This document shows positions 37,336 to 46,628 of a stretch of DNA of 64,000 nt, one piece after another. The DNA lies in assembly GCA_013426015.1 (NCBI GenBank), contig CP058998.1, positions 794,758 to 858,757 of the forward strand, given 5' to 3'. Source of the DNA: Candidatus Fermentimicrarchaeum limneticum. GTDB taxonomy: Archaea; Micrarchaeota; Micrarchaeia; Burarchaeales; Fermentimicrarchaeaceae. Position 1 is the stretch's first letter. Every line of letters starts with the position of its first letter. Made by a program: the position numbers and the translations under genes. Below the pieces are notes generated by a model. It ran no database searches. It had not been told where the DNA came from and was given only the letters and a program-made list of their open reading frames with translations.

Positions 37336-38523
37336 TTATTTTGTGAGGAAATAGCCTGCAGTGAAACAGTCTCCCAATCCAACAGTCATCCTCGGTTCGC
37401 CTATGTCCAGAGCAGGAGCAAGGTAGGCATTGTTCCTGAATTCTATCTTCCTGAATCGCTCGTGCTGTTTGGCTCCCTCCCTATTCACCATTATTCTTTT
37501 GGAGAATCTTTCCAGCTCCTTGAAGGATGCATCTCTGCCAGTTGCGGCCCTGTGAGCTGCAAGCAGAGAACCGAACAGCAGGGGGTCCGGGCAGCCCTCC
37601 TTCTTCTCGACGGAGAATGAGAATGAGTTGCAGTGGAATACTGCAGTGCAGAACATGTCACAAATCCTGTCGCATGCCTCCCAGATGTTGCATTTCATTT
37701 TTAGAACCTTCTTCATCTGTTCCAATTCGCCCTCGTTGAACCCGACGCTGTCGCATATCGGGAGGATTCTGCGTGTCAATTCCTTGAGAACCCGCGGATG
37801 TTGGAAGTCTCCCAGTTCGACATGTATTTTTAGATTGGGATTGACTCCCTTCAGCTCCTCAATGTGCTTTCGGACGTTTCCCAGTCTTTCCGCAAAATCA
37901 TTTCCAATGGTGGGGTTGTGGAATCCGGCTATGACAGCTTTGTCAACTTTTCTGATTACTCCTGGGATAAGCCTTCTGAACTCGTCATCGATTTCCAATA
38001 CCGCGCAGGGGGGGTTGAAGGATGCAATCAGCCTGTTTGAAGCCGGTGCTTTCACGTTCTGGAAGCAGTAGCCTTTCCTGAACTCCATAACAAGATGGAC
38101 AGGCACGTCACACTTTCTATGGACTTGCCGAGGGTTTTTGAAGCTCCCGTCTGCGATGAAGATGTTTTCTGGATGCTCGAAAAGGCTCATTTGCTCTCTG
38201 CACTTTGACGGAACATGGGCGTAGCAGTGCACCCCGAGCGAGGAGGCAACATTGCTCATGTTCCCCGCCTGCCCGCCCATCCTCAACTCGTCATATCCCC
38301 CATCCATAAGGAGGTTCAGTGTTTTTTCATCTATCATTACCTCGCTCTGCTCGCCGTTCCTGACGGATTCCTTAAGCAAATTCGATATTCTTTTTGGGAA
38401 CCGCTCTCCGCCTCTCAGATGCTTGACCGCATCTATGTTGACGTTGTAGGCAAAAAGAGCATTTCCAGCAATATTCCTCTCTGCGTATAGCAACGCGTTC
38501 CGGTAAGAGGATTTCCACTCCAT
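37336..38523 (-). CDS. ADP-dependent glucokinase/phosphofructokinase
   Basis: AYNVNIDAV, RMGGQAGNM, NRLIAS, HVELG, SVGFNEGEL, TVGLGD. Confidence 0.9.
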   Translation of the reverse strand: MEWKSSYRNALLYAERNIAGNALFAYNVNIDAVKHLRGGERFPKRISNLLKESVRNGEQSEVMIDEKTLNLLMDGGYDELRMGGQAGNMSNVASSLGVHCYAHVPSKCREQMSLFEHPENIFIADGSFKNPRQVHRKCDVPVHLVMEFRKGYCFQNVKAPASNRLIASFNPPCAVLEIDDEFRRLIPGVIRKVDKAVIAGFHNPTIGNDFAERLGNVRKHIEELKGVNPNLKIHVELGDFQHPRVLKELTRRILPICDSVGFNEGELEQMKKVLKMKCNIWEACDRICDMFCTAVFHCNSFSFSVEKKEGCPDPLLFGSLLAAHRAATGRDASFKELERFSKRIMVNREGAKQHERFRKIEFRNNAYLAPALDIGEPRMTVGLGDCFTAGYFLTK

Positions 38524-38526
38524 AAG

Positions 38527-39420
38527 CTATTGTTTGGGAATTCGGTTCTTAAAAATGTAGCCTAGGAACTTGTAGGCGAGCCTCGCTGCAAGGAAATCGG
38601 ATGTGATGTCGCCATCTATCGGGCAGAGCTCCACCACGTCAAACCCGACGACATTCCTGCTGGATGCGACTTCCTTCAGAATTGCGAGGACATCGTACCA
38701 GTGCAAGCCACCAGGCTCTGGTGTGCCGACTGCCGGAACTTCGGATGGGTCGAACACGTCCAAATCAATTGTCACATAAACATTCCTCTTCAGGCTTGAG
38801 ACTATGAATTTCGGCTTGAGGGAATCCCTTGCATGGAAAAGCTTCAGTTTCTTCTTCTTTGCGAACTCCGCTTCCTCCGCGCACATGCTTCTTATCCCCA
38901 CCTGAACGGTGTCGCAAAACTCGGAGATTCTCCTCATCACGGAAGTGTGGCCGAACTTTGTTCCTTCAAACTCGTCCCTCAGATCTGAATGGGCGTCAAG
39001 CTGCAAGACAGTTAAATCTTTGTATAATTTCGAAACTGCCCTCACCGCGCCAACTGATATGGAATGCTCCCCTCCCAGCATGAGGGGGAATTTCTTCTTC
39101 TCAAGTATCTCCGCAACTGCGCTCTCCACCCTCTTTATAGTTTCTCTTGGAGAGTCCCTTGACGGCTCCAGCTCATCAAGCGTGTGTATCCCTACGCTGG
39201 CAGGCTCGAAGCCCAGTTCCTCATCGTACAACTCCATGTTCCTTGAAGCGTTTATTATCGCATGCGGTCCATTCCTCGCCCCTGTTCTATAGCAGACTGT
39301 GGAGTCGTAGGGAACAGGAAGGACGACCACCCTTGCTTTTTCAAATGAGGTCAGCTCGGGCTCAAGTCCCACAAAGTTGTATGGCGGGAGTGAATGCAGC
39401 AACCTCATATAATCACTCAA
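38527..39420 (-). CDS. speB: agmatinase
   Basis: GGEHS, DAHSDLRD, DLDVFDP, GTPEPGG; adjacent to deoxyhypusine synthase. Confidence 0.93.
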   Translation of the reverse strand: MSDYMRLLHSLPPYNFVGLEPELTSFEKARVVVLPVPYDSTVCYRTGARNGPHAIINASRNMELYDEELGFEPASVGIHTLDELEPSRDSPRETIKRVESAVAEILEKKKFPLMLGGEHSISVGAVRAVSKLYKDLTVLQLDAHSDLRDEFEGTKFGHTSVMRRISEFCDTVQVGIRSMCAEEAEFAKKKKLKLFHARDSLKPKFIVSSLKRNVYVTIDLDVFDPSEVPAVGTPEPGGLHWYDVLAILKEVASSRNVVGFDVVELCPIDGDITSDFLAARLAYKFLGYIFKNRIPKQ

Positions 39421-40486
39421 ACTTCAGTTCAAATGAGTCGTCCTGCCACCTGAAATTCGGCTTCTTCCTCGCCTTGGCAATTTTTTCTGCCCTCTGCATG
39501 AGTGCATGCACGACTATTGGCAGCCCTATCGTTGCATCGCAGTAGCACGTCACCATGGTTGCATTTGCATCGTACTTGCCCCAGCTCTGCGACTCCTCGA
39601 GCGTGCAGCCACTCAACCCGCCCCACTGCGGGGAGTCCATCGTTATCTGCAACCCGTAGTCATGGCTCCTGTCATGCCTTGTTTGGTAGCTTGCGATAAC
39701 GGCGCTCTGCTGTATGTAGTTCTTCGGGACCCCTCCGCCTATGTACACTCCGGCGGTTTTAACCGGCTTCTCGCATATGCGGGATATCTCGTCTACATCC
39801 TTAATGCAGTCAATTATTATGTGCTTCCGCACTTTTCCAGTTTCCATCTGCTTTTTGGTCGGCTTTCTGTTTGAGAACATTATCGAGAAGCCCAAGGAGC
39901 TGTCGCCTATCGCGGGGCAGAATATGGGAACACCCATCCTGTATGCGCTGACGAGAATTGAGTTCTTCGCCGTCTTCCTCTCGCTAAGCTTCTTGCCAAG
40001 AAGTTCGAGTATCTCTCTGGAGGAGTAGGGATAGCCATCCTTCAGCGTCTGCGCAAATTTTTTGTCAATCCATGTATCGGTTTTGTAAAAACCCTTCTCG
40101 CTTGCGAATACGTCGTATATCCTATCAACGTAGTGCTTGCGCAGAACCAGATCATTGGAATTCTGCGTCCCCAGGTAGTGCTTCCTGCCCAGTGCCTCGT
40201 GGCAGTCATGGTAGAGGTTTGCTCCGCTTGATACCAGGACGTCAATCATCCTCTGTCTTATGAGGTAGGATATCACATTGCGCATTCCAGCCGGCACCAT
40301 CGCACCGGAAAGCCCCATGAAGATGATTATCCTGTCTTCTTTCAGCATGTTGGTCCATGCGTTTGCTAGCTCGCCGAGCTTCCTGCCTTGGAAGCCGATG
40401 TACCGCATCTCGTCAAGCAGCTCGCCCACGTCCTTGTTAAGGACTTTTAATGGGCTGGTCGGGGTTTTCAGGAATTTGTTTTTCAT
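39413..40486 (-). CDS. dys: deoxyhypusine synthase
   Basis: GLSGAMVPAG, FCPAIGDS, GGGVPKN, GGLSGCTLEESQSWGK. Confidence 0.93.
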   Translation of the reverse strand: MKNKFLKTPTSPLKVLNKDVGELLDEMRYIGFQGRKLGELANAWTNMLKEDRIIIFMGLSGAMVPAGMRNVISYLIRQRMIDVLVSSGANLYHDCHEALGRKHYLGTQNSNDLVLRKHYVDRIYDVFASEKGFYKTDTWIDKKFAQTLKDGYPYSSREILELLGKKLSERKTAKNSILVSAYRMGVPIFCPAIGDSSLGFSIMFSNRKPTKKQMETGKVRKHIIIDCIKDVDEISRICEKPVKTAGVYIGGGVPKNYIQQSAVIASYQTRHDRSHDYGLQITMDSPQWGGLSGCTLEESQSWGKYDANATMVTCYCDATIGLPIVVHALMQRAEKIAKARKKPNFRWQDDSFELKFE

Positions 40487-40571
40487 TCAATCACTTACAA
40501 AAAGCAGTATCCAAGAATTTAGCTGTCTTTCCGCATGAATTTTTTTGTAGCAAACTGTTTATAAATCTAAC

Positions 40572-41009
40572 CTAGAATTGACGCTGAAAACTCTTCACAA
40601 TCTCATCATAAACCTCCCTGTAGGGTTTCTTCAGCTTCATGGAAATTTTCCTCACGTCCTCGTATTCAGGCTTCACCCTGTTCAGACCGGGTGTTTCGGA
40701 TATTTTCACCCGCACCTTGCCGAATTTTGTTTTCACTTCCTTTATTTTCCTCTTCGCGATGTGCTTTCTGAAGATTACTTCCCTGACGCCAAGAGTTCCC
40801 GTCTCCTCCATTATGATTGCTGCAAGCCTCCGCGAGTCCTTCTTCTCGCATATTACCTGAAGCATGAAGCCTGGCCTGCCTTTCTTTGCAAATATTGGGA
40901 TGAAGCAGACGTCCTTCGCTCCTTCTGCAAGAAGCCTCTCTGCCGTGTAGCCCAGAATCTCCCCTGAGATGTCGTCAAGGTTGGTCTCAAGCATGCACTC
41001 TTCGATCAT
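40572..41009 (-). CDS. larC2: LarC nickel insertase, C-terminal half
   Basis: LETNLDDISGE, KKGRPG, ETGTLGVR, KPEYED. Confidence 0.88.
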   Translation of the reverse strand: MIEECMLETNLDDISGEILGYTAERLLAEGAKDVCFIPIFAKKGRPGFMLQVICEKKDSRRLAAIIMEETGTLGVREVIFRKHIAKRKIKEVKTKFGKVRVKISETPGLNRVKPEYEDVRKISMKLKKPYREVYDEIVKSFQRQF

Positions 41010-41020
41010 TCAACCACTTT

Positions 41021-41695
41021 TCAGATAATCCTTACCCGAAGCACATTCGGCAGATGGAAGTCCATGCTCCCTCCGCCGCAGCCTTCGCGGTATCTGCCGG
41101 TATGCTTTGGCTTCTCAACCCTGTGGGCAAGGTTCACTATTATACTCGCTCCGGTCGGCGTGCACAGCTCGTGCGCTATGTCCCTCTGGTAGAAGTCGAA
41201 CTTTCTGCTCTTCAGTATCCTTATGGTGGCGGGCGCGGGTTGCTTTCCGACTGCAATCGGTGATGAGATGATGTCTGCGTCAAATGCACCGAGGCTGGTC
41301 AGACCAACCGTTGCTCCGACTATGTCTACAACCGTGTCCATGCGGCCAACCTCGTGCAGGTGAACTTCCCCGATTCCATGGACGCTTTTCTCCGCTTCAA
41401 TGATGGTTTCAAACGTATCCCAGGCAAACCTCATCTGCGGTTCGTCGAACTCAAGGATGTCAGCTGCTGAGCGGATTAGCTCCATGATCTTTAGCGGGGA
41501 GCACTTTTCGTCAGAGCTAAGTTGAAGCATCTTTGCTCTCACGCCATTCTTGGAAGTTTCTTTGAAAGAGACGTCAGCTCCCAAACTGAGCTTCAGGCTG
41601 TCTCGTATCTCTGCCTCAGCCCCTAGGTCAGCAAGGGCGCTGAGTACCATGTCCCCTGAGCAGCCCATTTCCGGAAGGAATACGAATTGTGTCAT
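41021..41695 (-). CDS. larC1: LarC nickel insertase, N-terminal half
   Basis: GCSGDMVLSALADLG, AEKSVHG, VHLHEVG-x-x-D, PAPAT, ELCTPTGA, PNVLR. Confidence 0.88.
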   Translation of the reverse strand: MTQFVFLPEMGCSGDMVLSALADLGAEAEIRDSLKLSLGADVSFKETSKNGVRAKMLQLSSDEKCSPLKIMELIRSAADILEFDEPQMRFAWDTFETIIEAEKSVHGIGEVHLHEVGRMDTVVDIVGATVGLTSLGAFDADIISSPIAVGKQPAPATIRILKSRKFDFYQRDIAHELCTPTGASIIVNLAHRVEKPKHTGRYREGCGGGSMDFHLPNVLRVRII

Positions 41696-41726
41696 GTTTT
41701 TATATTTCTCATTCAGATATTAAAAT

Positions 41727-42515
41727 ATGTTCGGTAAGGCAAGGAGGAATCTCCGCAGGTTGCTTGCTGCATTCAAGGAAAAATCCCCTGCTGTGGTCGC
41801 TCTGTCGGGTGGGGTGGACAGCAGCGTTGTGGCAAAGGCCGCCTTCCTCTCGTCAAAAAAATCAATTGCAGTGACTGTTGCGGACCCATCTGTTTCGAGA
41901 AGGGAGCTTGAGTCTGCCGTGAGGATTGCAGAGTGGATAGGTATAAAGCACAGGGTGGTGCAGAGGAAAATTTCAGCAGAAGTTAGAAGGAATGACTCCC
42001 TACGGTGTTACCACTGCAAAAGCGGCGTGATTGGCATTGCAAGGGAAGTTGCCGATGAAGAAGGGATAAACACAATCGCAGACGGCTCTAATTTTGATGA
42101 TTTGAACGATTCAAGAGCAGGCATGCGGGCATGCAGGGAGGGGGGAGTGTACTCGCCCCTTCTGGAACTGGGCTTTGGCAAAAAAGAAGTGAAGGAGCTG
42201 GCGCGGGAGATGGGATTGCCGAACTATGGGAAGACTGCCGAGGCATGCCTCTCCTCAAGGGTTATGGGATGCAGGATTGACGAGAGGACCCTGAGGAGAA
42301 TTGAGGAAGCTGAGGAATTCGTAAGAAAGCTCACCGGAGCCAGAGTTGTCAGGGTGAGGGACTATGGCGAGACTGCAAGGATAGAAGTTGACAAGCAGCA
42401 CATTGCAAACCTTGTCAAGGGGAAAAACTCGGATAGGATAAACAAAAAGTTCATTAAGCTTGGGTACCGATATGTAACTGCAGATTTGGGGGGTTATAGA
42501 GTTGGAGGATTTTAA
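41727..42515 (+). CDS. larE: LarE ATP-dependent sulfur transferase
   Basis: PP-loop ALSGGVDS, RCYHCK, DGSNFDD, ACLSSR, RVR...ARIEV. Confidence 0.9.
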   Translation: MFGKARRNLRRLLAAFKEKSPAVVALSGGVDSSVVAKAAFLSSKKSIAVTVADPSVSRRELESAVRIAEWIGIKHRVVQRKISAEVRRNDSLRCYHCKSGVIGIAREVADEEGINTIADGSNFDDLNDSRAGMRACREGGVYSPLLELGFGKKEVKELAREMGLPNYGKTAEACLSSRVMGCRIDERTLRRIEEAEEFVRKLTGARVVRVRDYGETARIEVDKQHIANLVKGKNSDRINKKFIKLGYRYVTADLGGYRVGGF

Positions 42516-43248
42516 GTCCATTCTTAAAAAGGTTAGAAGCGGCAGGCTTGAGGTAAAGGAAGCTGAAAGAATGCTCAGGATTGAGGGAGTTAAGAGAATT
42601 GGGAAGTTCGCCAGAATAGACGTTGGAAGGGAAAAACGCATCGGAATTCCGGAAGTGGTACTCGCAGAGGGAAAGAGTCCTGAACAGGTTGTTAGGATAG
42701 TTGAAGGAATGGAGGGCAATATTCTGGTGAGCAGGGTGGGGGGGGAGCATCTCAAAACCCTCAGGAAAAGGTTCAGGAATGTTGATTACAACAAGTCGGC
42801 AAAGACTGCCGCGATTGTTAAAAGCAAGGTGGAGAGGAAGGGGGTTGTTGGGGTGATAACCGCGGGGACTTCGGACATAGGCGTGGCTGAGGAGGCGACT
42901 GTTGTTGCAGAGATGATGGGGTGCAAGGTGAAGAAGGCATACGATGTGGGGGTTGCCGGCATTCACAGGCTTTTCGCGCCACTGAGAGAAATGCTGGAGG
43001 AAGGTGTGGATGTAATTGTGGTCGTTGCAGGCAGGGAAGGAACCCTGCCATCAATTGTTGCGGGGATGGTCGACATTCCTGTGATTGGGGTTCCTGTTTC
43101 ATCAGGTTACGGGTTCGGCGGAAAGGGCGAGGCTGCCCTCAAGTCAATGCTGCAGAGCTGCAGCTTCCTTACGGTTGTGAATATAGATAACGGAGTGGGC
43201 GCGGGAGCATGCGCCGCACTTATAGCGAGGAGATCGGATGAAGGTTAA
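42502..43248 (+). CDS. larB: LarB carboxylase/hydrolase (PurE-like)
   Basis: [37 protein letters not shown]. Confidence 0.92.
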   Translation: MEDFKSILKKVRSGRLEVKEAERMLRIEGVKRIGKFARIDVGREKRIGIPEVVLAEGKSPEQVVRIVEGMEGNILVSRVGGEHLKTLRKRFRNVDYNKSAKTAAIVKSKVERKGVVGVITAGTSDIGVAEEATVVAEMMGCKVKKAYDVGVAGIHRLFAPLREMLEEGVDVIVVVAGREGTLPSIVAGMVDIPVIGVPVSSGYGFGGKGEAALKSMLQSCSFLTVVNIDNGVGAGACAALIARRSDEG

Positions 43249-44095
43249 GGACCTTTGGGAACTGACCCGTTTTGAGCACTCCATCATGCTTGCCATTGCA
43301 GTAGTGGTGGGAGAGGTTACGACACTGCGCTTCCTGCCGAGTTACGACTTCCTTCTTCTGAGCGTTATTCCGCCAATGCTTGTCAGCGCTGCGAGCTTTG
43401 CGATAAACGACTATTTTGATCTGAGAAGTGACAGGATAAACAGGAGGAGGGATAGACCGCTTGTGAGCGGAAAGGTCAAGCCACAGCGCGCATATCTCCT
43501 TTCGATCGCGCTTTTCATTTCAGGAATTCTCGTATCACTTTTGATTAACCTCAACTCGTTCATTCTGGTGGTTGCATTCTCAATTCTTGCTTATCTCTAC
43601 AGCTTCAGGCTTAAGGATGTTGCGCTTTTGGGCAACATCTACATAGCAGCAACGATGGCCATTCCTTTCCTGTACGGGGGGGTGGCGGTTGCAGACGAGC
43701 TTCCTCCTGCCCTGCTGGTGCTCAGCTCCATTGCTTTTGTGAGCGGCTTGGCAAGAGAAGTGATGGGTACTATAAGGGATGTGAGAGGTGACAGGAGAGG
43801 GAGGAAGTCAAAGACGCTTCCGATGGTTATAGGTGCGAGGAATTCCCTTCTGCTGTCCTCGCTTCTCTACATCACAAGCATAGCGCTCAGCACCATACCC
43901 TACTTGTATATCCCGCCGTATGCCGGCAATATTCTTTACATCATTCCAACAGTCATTACTGATATTCTCTTGGCGTATATTGCTTTGAATTCGTTCAGGG
44001 ACACTTCGGCAGGGTTCATGAAATCAAGCAGGAATGTTAGCCTTGCTGCAATGTTCATAGCACTTCTAGGTTTTCTGGTGGCGCCTCTTGTATAA
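43238..44095 (+). CDS. UbiA-family prenyltransferase, probably digeranylgeranylglyceryl phosphate synthase
   Basis: AINDYFDLRSDRIN, RPLVSG, ARE...RDVRGD...KTLP; multiple TM helices. Confidence 0.85.
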   Translation: MKVKDLWELTRFEHSIMLAIAVVVGEVTTLRFLPSYDFLLLSVIPPMLVSAASFAINDYFDLRSDRINRRRDRPLVSGKVKPQRAYLLSIALFISGILVSLLINLNSFILVVAFSILAYLYSFRLKDVALLGNIYIAATMAIPFLYGGVAVADELPPALLVLSSIAFVSGLAREVMGTIRDVRGDRRGRKSKTLPMVIGARNSLLLSSLLYITSIALSTIPYLYIPPYAGNILYIIPTVITDILLAYIALNSFRDTSAGFMKSSRNVSLAAMFIALLGFLVAPLV

Positions 44096-44110
44096 TGCGG
44101 GAGTGATGGG

Positions 44111-45004
44111 ATGGATGTTTTGCTGAAGACTGATCTGAAGGGACTGAAGCTTTTCAGGAGAGGTAAGGTTCGGGACACTTACGAAGTCGGGGACAGGCTG
44201 CTGATGATTGCGACGGACAGGATATCCGCATTTGATGTGGTGCTGCCAAACGGCATACCGCACAAGGGGGCAGTGCTCACGCAGCTTTCTCTGTTCTGGT
44301 TTGACTGCACGAAGGACATAATGCCAAACCACGTCATAACCGCGGACGTCTCCAGATTCCCTCCGGAAGCTGCGAAATTCTCCAGTATTCTCAGGGGGAG
44401 AAGCATGCTAATCAAGAAGGCGAAGCCGCTGCCCGCGGAATTCATTGTGAGGGGTTATCTTTCAGGTTCGGGCTGGAGGGAGTATAAGGAGAAAGGAAGC
44501 ATCTGCGGGATTCGGCTGCCGAAAGGAATGCGCGAGTCGGACAGGCTCCCTGAGCCGATATTCACGCCATCCACGAAGGCTAAGGCAGGGCATGACCTGA
44601 ACATAAGTGAGAAGGAACTGGCCGAGCTTATAGGTGAGGATAGGACGGAAGAGGTGAAGGAGGCCAGCGTAGGCGTATACAAGCGCGCATCGGAGGAGGC
44701 AAGGAAGCGCGGCATAATAATCGCAGACACGAAATTCGAGTTCGGCCTGCTGGATGATGAGCTTATAGTTGTGGATGAGATGCTTACTCCTGACTCCTCA
44801 AGGTTCTGGCCGGCTGACTCATATTCTCCGGGAGGATCCCAGAAGAGCTTCGACAAGCAGTATGTGAGAGACTACCTGGAGTCGATAAAGTGGAACAAGC
44901 AGCCCCCTGCACCAAAGCTTCCTCAGGATGTGGTGGAAGGAACAAGCAGGAGGTATATTGAAGCTTACGAAATTATAACTGGGAAGAAGTTCGAGGTGGT
45001 TTGA
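44111..45004 (+). CDS. purC: SAICAR synthetase
   Basis: [43 protein letters not shown]. Confidence 0.96.
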   Translation: MDVLLKTDLKGLKLFRRGKVRDTYEVGDRLLMIATDRISAFDVVLPNGIPHKGAVLTQLSLFWFDCTKDIMPNHVITADVSRFPPEAAKFSSILRGRSMLIKKAKPLPAEFIVRGYLSGSGWREYKEKGSICGIRLPKGMRESDRLPEPIFTPSTKAKAGHDLNISEKELAELIGEDRTEEVKEASVGVYKRASEEARKRGIIIADTKFEFGLLDDELIVVDEMLTPDSSRFWPADSYSPGGSQKSFDKQYVRDYLESIKWNKQPPAPKLPQDVVEGTSRRYIEAYEIITGKKFEVV

Positions 45005-45438
45005 TGGTGGATGTGTTGATTATTGCTGGAGGCAGCAGCGACAAGAGGATAGCTGACGACGCGGCCGCGGTGCTGAAGGAGTTCGGAGTTGACTTTGACT
45101 TTCAGGTTGCGTCTGCGCACCGCAATCCGGAAAAGGTTGAGAGCATTGTGAAAAACACTGACGCGAAGGTCATCATAGCAATAGCAGGTCTTTCCGCTGC
45201 ACTGCCCGGCTTCATAGCGTCAAGAGTTACTCTGCCTGTTATCGGAGTTCCTGTCAACGTAAAGCTTGCGGGGCTTGACGCCCTGCTGAGCACAATGCAG
45301 ATGCCAAGCGGAGTGCCTGTCGCAGCGGTTTCAATAGACGGAGGCAAGAATGCGGCAATCCTTGCGGTGGAAATCCTCGCAACAGGCAACGCTGCATTGA
45401 GGGAGAAGCTGGCGAAGTTCAGAGGCAGTCAAAAATAG
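45004..45438 (+). CDS. purE: N5-CAIR mutase / AIR carboxylase
   Basis: [30 protein letters not shown]. Confidence 0.95.
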   Translation: MVDVLIIAGGSSDKRIADDAAAVLKEFGVDFDFQVASAHRNPEKVESIVKNTDAKVIIAIAGLSAALPGFIASRVTLPVIGVPVNVKLAGLDALLSTMQMPSGVPVAAVSIDGGKNAAILAVEILATGNAALREKLAKFRGSQK

Positions 45439-46624
45439 CCTTTGCAATTTCTGATTTTCTTCCTTTGATTTTCCTGCAAGAACCGTCAGCTTTTATGAGC
45501 AGCACCTCATTGGACTCGCTGACAAACCCGACTCCCTTTTTGCCAACATCGTTTGCGAGTATCATGTCCGCCCTGGCTTCCTTGAGCTTCTTCACTGCAA
45601 TCTCCCTAAGCTTATCGTCATCAACTCCGCTCTCGGCCTTGAATAGAATCAGCTTCACGTCCGACTTCACCTTCTTCACTGCATCGCTTATTTTTGGAAG
45701 TGTGCGCAGCGTCAGGTGCAACTCCCCCCTTGCATGGACCTTGCCCTTTCTCCTCACAGGCGCGAAATCGGACGGCGCGCCGGCAAGGACAACAACATCA
45801 CTTTTTCGGACATTTGCGATGACTTCCTTGTACATGTCCTCCGTGGATTCGGCATATCTGCTGCGCATATAGGCTGGAATTTCAACATCGACATGACCGT
45901 GGATGAGCAACACGTCTGCGCCCCTCAGGTACGCCTCCCTCGCCGTTTCGGTTCCCATCCTTCCGCTGCTTGGATTTGATATGAAACGTATGTCATCAAT
46001 GTATTCCCGAGTTGCTCCGGCGGTGACAAGAACCTTCTTGCCACGCATGTTCTTTGTGTAAAGCATACGGATGGCTAGGGCAGCTATCCTGTCCACACTC
46101 GCCATCTTTGCCTTCCCCTCACTTGAGTCAGGATCGACGAACTCCACCCCAAGAGAGCCAAGCTTCCTGATGTTATCCTTGACAATTTTATTATCGCTTA
46201 TTGAGAGGTGCATTGCGGGTGCGAATAGTATCGGCACACCGCTTCCCAAGGCGGTCGTGAGTATTGTCGTTACCGGGTTGTCATCAATCCCATTCGCAAG
46301 CTTCCCTATGGTGCTTGCAGTTGCAGGGGCCACCACCACCAAATCGACTCTCTCCCTGTGCCTACCGCACAACTTCAGATGCTCCACGTCGCCAGTAAGC
46401 TTTGTTATGATTGGGTTGCCCGTTGCCCAGTGCATCAGTTCGGGGCGGATTATCTCCTTCGCAGCCTCACTCATGACAGGCACTACCTCAGCCCCGTGCC
46501 TCATGAGCTCCCTTGCAAGTTCAGGAGATTTGACAGCGGCAACGCTGCCGCACACACACAGGGCGATTCTCCTGCTCTCAAGCTCCCTGCCCTTAGTGCC
46601 GATTATGTTTTTTGATGAGTGCAT
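45419..46624 (-). CDS. coaBC: bifunctional phosphopantothenoylcysteine decarboxylase/synthetase
   Basis: [28 protein letters not shown][14 protein letters not shown], FKAE, ANDV. Confidence 0.95.
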   Translation of the reverse strand: MHSSKNIIGTKGRELESRRIALCVCGSVAAVKSPELARELMRHGAEVVPVMSEAAKEIIRPELMHWATGNPIITKLTGDVEHLKLCGRHRERVDLVVVAPATASTIGKLANGIDDNPVTTILTTALGSGVPILFAPAMHLSISDNKIVKDNIRKLGSLGVEFVDPDSSEGKAKMASVDRIAALAIRMLYTKNMRGKKVLVTAGATREYIDDIRFISNPSSGRMGTETAREAYLRGADVLLIHGHVDVEIPAYMRSRYAESTEDMYKEVIANVRKSDVVVLAGAPSDFAPVRRKGKVHARGELHLTLRTLPKISDAVKKVKSDVKLILFKAESGVDDDKLREIAVKKLKEARADMILANDVGKKGVGFVSESNEVLLIKADGSCRKIKGRKSEIAKAIFDCL

Positions 46625-46628
46625 GCAT

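Noticed and set aside
37288-37620. ORF overlapping tRNA-Gly and the kinase gene; also the 48387-48440 extension of the protease ORF
   Set aside because: These overlap tRNA genes and are not plausible coding sequence.
41009-41023. Programmed frameshift joining larC1 and larC2
   Set aside because: An in-frame stop immediately upstream of the larC2 ATG blocks any fusion.
45419-45438. Convergent 3' overlaps (purE/coaBC, minD/galT, HD/orphan, DUF1405/ecfT)
   Set aside because: Common throughout this compact genome; no specific signal.
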